Assembly: GCA_004524445.1 (NCBI GenBank)
Contig: SDNP01000020.1
Location: forward strand, 33,320-57,319
Length of the DNA stretch: 24,000 nt
Source of the DNA: Candidatus Thorarchaeota archaeon
GTDB lineage: Archaea; Asgardarchaeota; Thorarchaeia; Thorarchaeales; Thorarchaeaceae
Reading direction: 5' to 3'
In this document: positions 17,580 to 24,000 of the stretch, piece after piece
Layout of the letters: each line of letters opens with the position of its first letter
How positions within the stretch are numbered: position 1 is the first letter of the stretch
Notes under the pieces: generated by a model
Databases searched by the model: none
Seen by the model: only the letters and a program-made list of their open reading frames with translations
What the model was told of the DNA's origin: nothing
Translations under genes and position numbers: made by a program

Positions 17580-18335
17580 TTAAACGTCAATCTCCATCAA
17601 ATCATGTCCAAGCATGACCTCTGTATCTGATGTACCTTTAACGATGGATAGAACGCTCTCTGCTACACCCACAACTGATGGAGATAAGTGAACCAGAGCC
17701 ACCTTCAATGGTTCAGCATGGGCAACTATTGCGGCTAATTCAGTTGGACTTGTATGAACCCTTTTTTCGTGTTCTCCGTCCAGCCAGTTGCATTCATGTA
17801 TCAGCAGGTCCACGCCCTTCGCAAAGTCAGCAATCTCATCACAGGGAGCCGTGTCGCTGGAATAGACTACACTCTTCCCCTTCCAATCTATGCGATATGC
17901 TCGGGAATCCATGTCTCCGTGGCAACTCGGAACGCATCGAACGCTAGCTTCATTGATTTTCACTTGGTCATGTTTACTCAACTTGTGGCGCACAATGGGA
18001 AATCTCCCTTTCAGATAGGGAAACGCTGTATCGAAAACGCCTTCCCACCATTGATCCATTACCGGAGGGCCATAGATATTCACCTGGTCCCTCAAACCAG
18101 AGAGCCAAAGCGTCTGGCACAGGGTTACAAAGTCGGAGCAATGATCGATATGAAAATGGCTTAGGAAAACATGTTGTATTTTGGTCACATCATCAACTAC
18201 CTGCAAAAGCCTATGCAGAATTCCCGACCCGACATCAAGAAGAATTGGCTTATCTTCGATTTCGACCAGAATTCCTGACTGAACACGTTCTGGGTCTGGA
18301 TACGAGGTACCTGTTCCTAGCAGTGTTACCTTCAT
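17580..18335 (-). CDS. MBL-fold metallo-hydrolase (RNase Z/ElaC-like)
   Basis: MKVTLLGTGTSYP...ILLDVGSG...VFLSHFHIDHCSD (the HxHxDH metallo-beta-lactamase motif), with later His/Asp ligand candidates (SSDTAP and LIHECN). Confidence 0.8.
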   Translation of the reverse strand: MKVTLLGTGTSYPDPERVQSGILVEIEDKPILLDVGSGILHRLLQVVDDVTKIQHVFLSHFHIDHCSDFVTLCQTLWLSGLRDQVNIYGPPVMDQWWEGVFDTAFPYLKGRFPIVRHKLSKHDQVKINEASVRCVPSCHGDMDSRAYRIDWKGKSVVYSSDTAPCDEIADFAKGVDLLIHECNWLDGEHEKRVHTSPTELAAIVAHAEPLKVALVHLSPSVVGVAESVLSIVKGTSDTEVMLGHDLMEIDV

Positions 18336-18485
18336 TATGATTTACTCTCAATGTACTGGGTTCTTTGCCGCGTTATTATGTTTCCTGAGTACGAGCAAAT
18401 GCCTTACCGCAATACTAACCTCGAATACCTTCTTCGACAGATTAAAGGCTCTCTAGTTTCCAACGGGTGATAGGTGGATGGCTCC

Positions 18486-19715
18486 ATGGTCTCAGCAGTT
18501 GCAGCAGAGGAAAAAGGCAAAAATGCCGAGAGAAGTGTGTTTCAGCCAAAAAATCAGGGAATCGTTTCTTCATTATGCGAACGAATCCAATCCCATCTGC
18601 TCGTGCTTGTTCTGATATTTCTGTTCTTGGCAAAAATGCTATTGGTGGGATTCCTCAGTCACATCATCATCCTAGATGAGGTTGTCTTCACCGGCTCGTA
18701 TCCTGACACTCCCGACCTCCTATTGGCCCTGGGTTATCAATGGGACTCAAGACACTTTTTGGCAATAGTTGAAAATGGGTATCCATCAAATCCAGACGAT
18801 CCTCTACTCTATGCTTTTGCTCCTCTCTATCCCATGTTAGTATCCATAGTTGGGTGGCTCACAAACGATATTGTGCTATCAGGTGTGCTTGTTTCGAACA
18901 TATTCTATTTCGCGTCGATACTCTCGTTCTACAAGGTGGCTCGGTCATATCTCGATTACGAGCGTGCATGTATTGCATCCCTCTTGTTAGGTCTCTTTCC
19001 TACCTATTTGGTCTATGGAACACTAGCCTATTCGGAGGCCCCATTCATATTCTTTGCAACAGCATCTTGGTTCTATTTCAGGAAATCGTCTTATCATCTC
19101 TCTTCAGCCTTTATTACACTAGCAATATTAACACGGTATATTGGAATGGTGATTTTTGGAATCTATTTTATGATTGGATTCTGGCGGCTGATTTCGCGGG
19201 ATGCTGCACTAGATTTTGAATTCAATGACATGAAGGTGGCTCTCTGGTTTATTCTACCAGTAGTGTCAACCATCGCTCTATTTTCATATTTTCAGTATTT
19301 GACCGGCGATTTCTTCATTGCCATGACTGCTCACGGAAGGTTTGATGATTCACTTACTACACCAGTCCACCAATTTTTCTGGTTTTTCGATGGCTTCTTC
19401 GTTGAACGAAATCCCTGGGTAAATCCCTGGGAGCTGGCTCTTCAGCGATATGCCTTTACGTTACCCTTCCTTTGCTTATCACTGCTGACTCTGAAAATAG
19501 ACAAAGAGACCGGCTTCTACAGCACTCTTGTCATGACGTTTGTGTTGAGTCTGTCCGGTATATCTTCTATTGCTAGCCCTAGAATCATGCTTGCCAGTTG
19601 GTTATCGATTCTACCCTTGGCCAAGGAACGCTGGCTCTCCATTTTTCTGGTGCCGTTTTTTCTAACTGTCAGCTTGTGGGTCATGGTTCAGTTTCAGACC
19701 GGATTCTTTGCATAG
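18486..19715 (+). CDS. Polytopic GT-C-type glycosyltransferase, PIG-V/GPI-mannosyltransferase-2-like
   Basis: At least 9 hydrophobic helices. The first loop carries WDSRHFLAIVENGY...YAFAPLYPMLV, which resembles the WDxxxFLxIAexGY...FFPLYP signature of the PIG-V mannosyltransferase family. The track start is GTG 18474. I prefer ATG 18486, which lies 8 nt after GGTGG (18473-18477). Confidence 0.5.
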   Translation: MVSAVAAEEKGKNAERSVFQPKNQGIVSSLCERIQSHLLVLVLIFLFLAKMLLVGFLSHIIILDEVVFTGSYPDTPDLLLALGYQWDSRHFLAIVENGYPSNPDDPLLYAFAPLYPMLVSIVGWLTNDIVLSGVLVSNIFYFASILSFYKVARSYLDYERACIASLLLGLFPTYLVYGTLAYSEAPFIFFATASWFYFRKSSYHLSSAFITLAILTRYIGMVIFGIYFMIGFWRLISRDAALDFEFNDMKVALWFILPVVSTIALFSYFQYLTGDFFIAMTAHGRFDDSLTTPVHQFFWFFDGFFVERNPWVNPWELALQRYAFTLPFLCLSLLTLKIDKETGFYSTLVMTFVLSLSGISSIASPRIMLASWLSILPLAKERWLSIFLVPFFLTVSLWVMVQFQTGFFA

Positions 19716-19784
19716 ATTCATTATGGGCAGGATTAAAAGTTACAATTCGTAACGTGGTGGAACTCGCTGAAGATGGAGTGTAGA

Positions 19785-19925
19785 ATGAACAGAAAGAAAC
19801 TGACGGCCGTGATGGCGCTTATGTTCTTGGTCTCTATTGGCATTGGCTATTTCGGCAGCCAGACCCCTGCCGCTGAGGAACAGGAGCAGGACCTGGAACC
19901 CAAGCCGCCCGACAACCGCACGTGA
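19785..19925 (+). CDS. Tentative small secreted or membrane peptide (46 aa)
   Basis: Below the track's size cutoff. ATG 19785 lies 7 nt after GGAG (19774-19777). My translation is MNRKKLTAVMALMFLVSIGIGYFGSQTPAAEEQEQDLEPKPPDNRT*: a basic N-terminus, a hydrophobic helix and an acidic, Pro-rich tail. The overlapping minus-strand ORF 19740-19994 looks like a shadow frame. Confidence 0.3.
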   Translation: MNRKKLTAVMALMFLVSIGIGYFGSQTPAAEEQEQDLEPKPPDNRT

Positions 19926-20179
19926 GAAGAATACGAGTATATTGATACGTCCATCAATGATGCTATGGATGTGCAGTATATTCGTGGAGGCCATCGAGCC
20001 AATCTTTATTCGTAGGTTGGATGTGAGGACTCATTGGAGTGGACAATGAAGCTGTTGCGTAAAGCCTAGCAGCAATAGTGGAGTATCGGGTAGCCCCTGT
20101 GACTCAAATGGGTCTCTCCTAGTTTTTTGCATCTAGAGCGTTCGCTAGCCGTCAGAAGTGTTGCGGTCAATGCCATATG

Positions 20180-20214
20180 AAAAACAAGAGGAATCTGGGG
20201 AACCAAGTCCCCAG
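20180..20214 (-). terminator. Hairpin CTGGGGA-N6-TCCCCAG followed by T5, downstream of the 20227-20784 gene
   Basis: Perfect 7-bp stem (20195-20201 and 20208-20214) with a 6-nt loop, 13 nt after the stop. The minus-strand sequence continues ATTCCTCTTGTTTTTC, with T5 as the complement of 20180-20184. Confidence 0.45.
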
Positions 20215-20226
20215 AACTATCGAAAA

Positions 20227-20784
20227 TTAGTCTTGGTATCCTTTCATGAAACCTTCACGCTGTTTCCACTTATCTTCCAGGCGTTGCATGATTTGCCACA
20301 TGCGGTAGGTGTAATTCCAGGCCTCATCGAACTGGCCTTGGTTCATGTCGTCTAGGAATTGCTCAGCCACTTCGTTGATTGCTCCAATGTCTTCAATGAT
20401 AGTAGCATCAAACTCATACAGGCGGTCGAGCTCCTTCTCGTCTATCTTCTCCTTGCTGCCCCATGATGCGTAGCCATAGTCAGCATATCGGATAGACGAC
20501 TCCATCTTGTCCGCTAGGTTCAGCATACGATCGAAGGTCTCCCACGTCTTGGTCAAATTGTAATCTACAACCATCATCTGCAGCTTCTCTAAGTCCTGCT
20601 TCACAAGCCTCAGCTGGTCCGCTAGAAACTCTCTGAGAACCTTGTCGGCTGAGCGGCGCTCTTCTTTTTCTTGGTAGCCATGCCATCCTGGCACGTAATG
20701 TGTGATTTTACCGAACAAGCCACCCTTAATGTCCTTAGCAGCTTTCTTCCTGATGCGTTTGGCTATTGGGTCATCTTTTCCCAC
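20227..20784 (-). CDS. Hypothetical, predicted all-helical cytoplasmic protein
   Basis: A 185-aa ORF. GTG 20784 lies 9 nt after AGGAG (20794-20798). It has a basic N-terminus (KRIRKKAAKDIKGG), GWHGYQEKEERRSADKVLREFL and heptad-like charged helices. No family recognised. Confidence 0.55.
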   Translation of the reverse strand: MGKDDPIAKRIRKKAAKDIKGGLFGKITHYVPGWHGYQEKEERRSADKVLREFLADQLRLVKQDLEKLQMMVVDYNLTKTWETFDRMLNLADKMESSIRYADYGYASWGSKEKIDEKELDRLYEFDATIIEDIGAINEVAEQFLDDMNQGQFDEAWNYTYRMWQIMQRLEDKWKQREGFMKGYQD

Positions 20785-20913
20785 TTTTGAAATCTCCTAA
20801 TTGTTGAGTCAACTCTGTTTTATTAACAGCGTTATCTTGCCTCTGCTGTAACTTGAAGCCTTAAAAAACATATTACGAAACACTCCTACCACCGCATCGA
20901 TGAAATGCCGGTC

Positions 20914-21615
20914 CTATCTATTTGGCATGATATGAATGTGGTCTATATTGCTGGTTTCAGCCTGGTCTATAATCGTCCTGAACGCCTTTGCCACATCGGT
21001 TGCTGTAAGCATCTTTGATCGGTCGACATCCTTACCATCAAACCAAGGGGTAGATACGCTGCCGGGGTTGATTGTGGCTGCCTTGACATTGGTCCCCTTG
21101 AGTTCTTCGCGCAATGACCACACCATCGCCTGGACTGCATGCTTTGTTGCAGCGTAAAGTGATGCTCGGGCTGAGGTCTCAAGACCTAGATTTGATGATG
21201 TTACAATTATCTGACCGGTATTCCTCTCTTTCATTCCAGGCAATGCCTTTTTGAGATAGAGAAATACGCCTCGGACGTTCGTATCGAATTGCTTGTCGAA
21301 TTGCTCTATAGTAAGATCCTCCAGGTTTCCGAAATAGCCAACGCCTGCATTAGCAATGAGCACGGAAACTCTGCCAAACAATTTGTCTATTTGGTTGAAA
21401 TGCTTCTCCACATTAGTTTCGTCAGATACATCCCCGATACCAATGGCTGCTTTTCCACCCAAGTCATCCACTGCAGTCTTGACTTCCCTGAGCCGCTCTT
21501 CGTTCCGTCCAATGAGGTAAAACGAATGCCCATCAGGTGCCATCTCTATGGCAACCTGTCTTCCAATGCCACTTGATGCACCAGTAATCACTATCACTTT
21601 CTTGTCATCTGTCAA
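20914..21615 (-). CDS. Short-chain dehydrogenase/reductase (SDR) family oxidoreductase
   Basis: VIVITGASSGIGRQVA (TGxxxGxG), LIANAGVG (NNAG-like) and YAATKHAV (catalytic YxxxK). TTG start at 21615, with GGTGA (21623-21627) 7 nt upstream. Confidence 0.9.
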   Translation of the reverse strand: MTDDKKVIVITGASSGIGRQVAIEMAPDGHSFYLIGRNEERLREVKTAVDDLGGKAAIGIGDVSDETNVEKHFNQIDKLFGRVSVLIANAGVGYFGNLEDLTIEQFDKQFDTNVRGVFLYLKKALPGMKERNTGQIIVTSSNLGLETSARASLYAATKHAVQAMVWSLREELKGTNVKAATINPGSVSTPWFDGKDVDRSKMLTATDVAKAFRTIIDQAETSNIDHIHIMPNR

Positions 21616-21788
21616 GCTTTACTCACCGATTAGCTACAAGGGCAAAGGTGTTGAAAAGTGTAGTACTATGTTCAATTCCCCGGCCATGGCGAACAAGAAC
21701 ACCATCACGCAATTGCAGTCTCATGCGGGGGGTATAATATTTCCCCTTGACGTTCCCGTGAATATCAGGGCGAATCACTAGTAAAGCG

Positions 21789-21811
21789 AATTAACCAAAA
21801 ATAGGTTAATT
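21789..21811. promoter_or_regulatory. Operator-like palindrome 1: AATTAACC-N7-GGTTAATT
   Basis: Perfect 8-bp inverted arms (21789-21796 and 21804-21811) with an A/T-rich 7-bp spacer. The right arm abuts or overlaps the TATA-like TTTATAA (21810-21816). Confidence 0.5.
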
Positions 21812-21816
21812 TATAA
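21810..21816 (+). promoter_or_regulatory. TATA-box-like element (TTTATAA) for the HTH regulator gene
   Basis: An archaeal TATA-consensus-like heptamer 53-59 nt upstream of ATG 21869. This predicts a transcription start near 21838-21842. Confidence 0.35.
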
Positions 21817-21827
21817 CCCGCCGAGCT

Positions 21828-21847
21828 ATTAACCTGATATAGGTTAA
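21828..21847. promoter_or_regulatory. Operator-like palindrome 2: TTAACC-N7-GGTTAA
   Basis: 6-bp inverted arms at 21829-21834 and 21842-21847. The 20-bp unit ATTAACC-N4-ATAGGTTAA is identical to the unit at 21790-21809 except for the central 4 nt, and the two are spaced 38 bp apart. It overlaps the predicted transcription start. Confidence 0.5.
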
Positions 21848-21868
21848 CTCATTGGGGTATTCAACGAG

Positions 21869-22333
21869 ATGTTTCGGAGCTTAAGATTTCCGACTAAACG
21901 ACAGACACAGATTTGGATGAAGCGAAGGAGAAGCGTTTCTCCATCTGAGATAGCTAGAAACCTAAAGGTTTCTCGCCCGTATATCAGCAAGGCTCAGAGA
22001 ATAGCAGAGAAGCGAATCACCAAATTATTGCGTAATGCAGCCTCCATCAACAGAATTGATATTGAATCACTGAGTTCCAGATTCGGATTTGCTTCGGGAT
22101 ACTGTCATACGCACAACACCAACACCTTCATCACATTCTCGCCAAAGTTCGGAGTTCATGTGTGGTATGATCATATTGGTAACTGTGATGAATGCGAACG
22201 AAAGAGTGAATGCGATAAGATACTCCGAGGTCTTGCAAAAGAGTGGCAAATCAGTATTTCTGAAGATGAATCCCCTTCAACTCTTGCTGGACATCTCTTC
22301 TCAGAAATAAGGAGGAAGCTAGGATGGGAATAA
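21869..22333 (+). CDS. HTH DNA-binding transcriptional regulator (Tfx / sigma-70 region-4-like N-terminal HTH, Cys-containing C-terminal domain)
   Basis: The N-terminal segment PTKRQTQIWMKRRRSVSPSEIARNLKVSRPYISKAQRIAEKRI matches the [LT]xRQ...EIAxxLxxSRxxhSxxxxxAxxKI pattern of the archaeal Tfx and LuxR/sigma-r4 HTH. The C-terminal part contains H..GNCDECERKSEC. The stop overlaps the start of the next gene. Confidence 0.55.
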   Translation: MFRSLRFPTKRQTQIWMKRRRSVSPSEIARNLKVSRPYISKAQRIAEKRITKLLRNAASINRIDIESLSSRFGFASGYCHTHNTNTFITFSPKFGVHVWYDHIGNCDECERKSECDKILRGLAKEWQISISEDESPSTLAGHLFSEIRRKLGWE

Positions 22334-24000
22334 GAGACTGGTTCAGGAAGCGACGCTTTGCCAATTCCAATGCATGCAGAATTCCACCGGATTCTGTTGG
22401 ATTCGGGGAGCAAATGACAACTCCGCGAAACACAGTATCCAAACCCCTACCTTCGTATTACCCCTTCCTCGATGCTAGAATATGTGGGCTCCTGATTTTG
22501 ACATTACTTTGCCTTGGAGCAGTTCCTATTTTATCAACAACTTCTCCCATTTATTCAGATATTTCAGAGCTCGAATTGGTTGGTCAAAACAGATTCATAA
22601 CCACTTCTCGAGAAGACGCAGATAGTGCCAATGAAATCGTCTTGGTAAACTCCACCCCCTTTACGGCAGAAGCAGACTGGAATCCTTATGCATTCTATAG
22701 CTCTCCTCAATTATCAACAGCTTTTGATGGATGTCTAGTGCATTTTGCCTCTGCATTTTCGCAGAATCAAATTTCGTTTTCAAGAACTGAGAACATTTTT
22801 TGCAGGGATTATGATGAAGTTCGATTGACTGTCGGGTTAGAAGTATTATCCGGTGCCGTCAATGTCACCTTGGAATATGATTTTTGGAATAGGAGATATG
22901 GCGACCTTCCAGAAAAAAGGGAAACCCACAGCCTTGTTGCAGGGGATTCAGAAGTACTAACCCTTGATGCACCAATGGCACTACTTCGCACGGTTTTTCC
23001 CAATCTTATTACCAACACGTGGATCTATATTCGGATTGCATCCGCACAAGAATCGAGTATCTTGCTTACTAATGCCTCTGTTGTTGCTAGCGCCGCAAGA
23101 TCATTGAGTGCGATATCAGTTGATTTCCTAAATACTTCAAATGAAAGCCTATATGAAAATGAGATGTTCTCTGAAATCGCCCAACCACCTGTGGTATTCA
23201 TCCGGGATCTGAATACAGATGAAAATGGAACCCTTTTTGTAAGAGAGGCAAATCAGACTGTATTCTTGTTACCGGGAGAATACAATTTCACATATGGTTG
23301 GTATGAGCGCGAGGCTGGCTTTGAAAAAATACCCATCCGATACCCTCTTTCTATCAATATATCACTTCATCAAAATGAGAAGGTCTTCTTGCAGCTTAGA
23401 ATCAGAGCTCTGAAGCTACAGCTTTTGGGCCTGGAAGGGATTATGTTTCGACACGGGGAAATTGGACTTGATTACGATACACATCTCTACTTTATTAGAA
23501 GAGAAAACCAAGTCTTACCAGCGTTTCTATACATTCCCTATGGTACCGAAAAACTCTCCATCCGTTTATACACCCAAATAAGAGTCAATGATCCTTTTCT
23601 ACAAAATTATGGAGATACTCGGATTTACGAATCGGGGACTGGAGATGGGAAACACAACTACATATTTCGCGTGACTTTGCCACTTGTATCGTTGTTTGGG
23701 TTTAGTTTTGGCATTGGAGAAGCAATTGCGAGCCTGTTTGCTCTTGCGCTATTGGCATGCGTCTTGAAGAAAGCTGGTAGGAAGTGGCACAAGGAAGACT
23801 TGACTACAATTGTCATCAATGAGCGTTTTCTGCCCATCTTGCTGATATGCCTTTCCATATTCGTTCCATGGTATGAGTATCCCAATTTCTATGGTTTTGA
23901 TTCATTGGTCAATGAATATGACATTGTTTTCCCGCCACTCTCTATTTTCGTTGAACACACTGAGGGAAGTCTATTCATGATTGCACCATTGCCATTTTGG
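22324..24000 (+). CDS. Large membrane-anchored, sequon-rich putative surface (glyco)protein; the 3' end lies beyond the window
   Basis: Absent from the ORF track because there is no stop in the window. I translated all 559 codons from ATG 22324 to position 24000 without meeting a stop. GGAGG (22311-22315) lies 8 nt upstream. The start overlaps the regulator's last codons by 10 nt. There is a TM helix near residues 54-72 (ICGLLILTLLCLGAVPILS). A roughly 380-aa ectodomain carries 9 N-x-S/T sequons. Further TM helices follow (LVSLFGFSFGIGEAIASLFALALLACVL and FLPILLICLSIFVPW). Confidence 0.65.
   Translation, partial: MGIRDWFRKRRFANSNACRIPPDSVGFGEQMTTPRNTVSKPLPSYYPFLDARICGLLILTLLCLGAVPILSTTSPIYSDISELELVGQNRFITTSREDADSANEIVLVNSTPFTAEADWNPYAFYSSPQLSTAFDGCLVHFASAFSQNQISFSRTENIFCRDYDEVRLTVGLEVLSGAVNVTLEYDFWNRRYGDLPEKRETHSLVAGDSEVLTLDAPMALLRTVFPNLITNTWIYIRIASAQESSILLTNASVVASAARSLSAISVDFLNTSNESLYENEMFSEIAQPPVVFIRDLNTDENGTLFVREANQTVFLLPGEYNFTYGWYEREAGFEKIPIRYPLSINISLHQNEKVFLQLRIRALKLQLLGLEGIMFRHGEIGLDYDTHLYFIRRENQVLPAFLYIPYGTEKLSIRLYTQIRVNDPFLQNYGDTRIYESGTGDGKHNYIFRVTLPLVSLFGFSFGIGEAIASLFALALLACVLKKAGRKWHKEDLTTIVINERFLPILLICLSIFVPWYEYPNFYGFDSLVNEYDIVFPPLSIFVEHTEGSLFMIAPLPFW

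Noticed and set aside
12042-18164. Other long antisense ORFs: 12042-12524, 14619-14861, 14886-15239, 15549-15797, 16084-16323, 16503-16928, 16592-16896, 17678-17947 and 17754-18164
   Set aside because: Each lies wholly within a better-supported gene on the opposite strand or in another frame (HhH membrane protein, MTase, SPFH, MBL hydrolase). All lack start context and motifs.
19923-19925. Selenocysteine or programmed readthrough at the TGA that ends the small ORF, since the frame stays open for 29 more codons
   Set aside because: There is no redox-type context (no CxxU-like motif). 29 stop-free codons is expected by chance roughly a quarter of the time, since (61/64)^29 is about 0.25. I could not identify a SECIS-like structure by eye. 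It is kept only as a caveat in the finding.
19740-19994. An 84-aa minus-strand ORF, and the 70-aa plus-strand ORF at 19837-20049
   Set aside because: Their translations (Arg/His/Leu-rich, with no hydrophobic pattern or motif) look like frames shadowing the GC-rich patch. The 46-codon plus-strand ORF, with its SD and signal-anchor, is the more credible reading, though it too has low confidence.
21548-21781. A 77-aa plus-strand ORF spanning the SDR 5' end and the SDR/regulator intergenic region, together with a weak GGGG...CCCC pairing at 21729-21746
   Set aside because: It overlaps the SDR Rossmann-motif codons on the other strand, and its intergenic part has no SD or motif. The pairing is only 4 bp with a 10-nt loop.
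22067-22442. Minus-strand ORFs 22067-22249, 22171-22413 and 22251-22442, plus-strand ORF 22089-22310, and the later minus-strand ORFs 22809-23018 and 23658-23885
   Set aside because: All are embedded in the HTH regulator gene or in the 559-codon open frame starting at 22324, and none has motif support.
1-24000. A search by eye for rRNA, tRNA, CRISPR arrays, IS elements, transposases, integrases, terminal inverted repeats and C/D-box sRNAs (RUGAUGA...CUGA) in the ten intergenic gaps longer than 100 nt
   Set aside because: Nothing convincing was found. Only ATGATGC-type near-misses to box C occur (about 10384-10390 on the minus strand, 15976-15982 on the minus strand, and 19958-19964). There are no regularly spaced repeats and no recombinase motifs. 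Covariance-model scans (tRNAscan-SE, Infernal/Rfam) would be needed to exclude small ncRNAs properly.

Overview
This is a densely coding archaeal chromosomal segment of roughly 43-45% GC, judged by eye. The archaeal call rests on a group II chaperonin (thermosome), Rpo6/RpoK, a Fap7-type NTPase, an Ard1-type N-acetyltransferase and a Tfx-like HTH protein. I support 26 protein-coding genes. Two are missing from the supplied ORF track because they run off the window edges. One is the C-terminus of a glycyl radical enzyme (2-181). The other is an ORF of at least 559 codons for a sequon-rich membrane protein (22324-24000). A third, tentative ORF of 46 codons (19785-19925) falls below the track's length cutoff. 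Most of the content is housekeeping: hisS, thermosome, rpoK, NAT, DUF89 phosphatase, MgtC-like, SDR, MBL hydrolase and Memo-like amrB. I recognised no rRNA, tRNA, CRISPR array, transposase, integrase or large repeat, and I saw no obvious compositional island. Four observations stand out. (1) A translationally coupled three-gene module of glycyl radical enzyme, ferredoxin-domain activase and a tandem split-barrel-like protein of unknown role. (2) An RpoK fused to an N-terminal (HhH)2 module through a poly-Arg linker, sitting 23 nt downstream of the thermosome gene. (3) Two near-identical palindromic operators bracketing a TATA box upstream of an HTH regulator, whose stop overlaps the start of the large putative surface glycoprotein gene. 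(4) A gamma-class N6-adenine DNA methyltransferase with no nuclease partner. None of these amounts to a demonstrated new system. All product calls come from motif recognition by eye; no homology search, HMM or structure prediction was possible.
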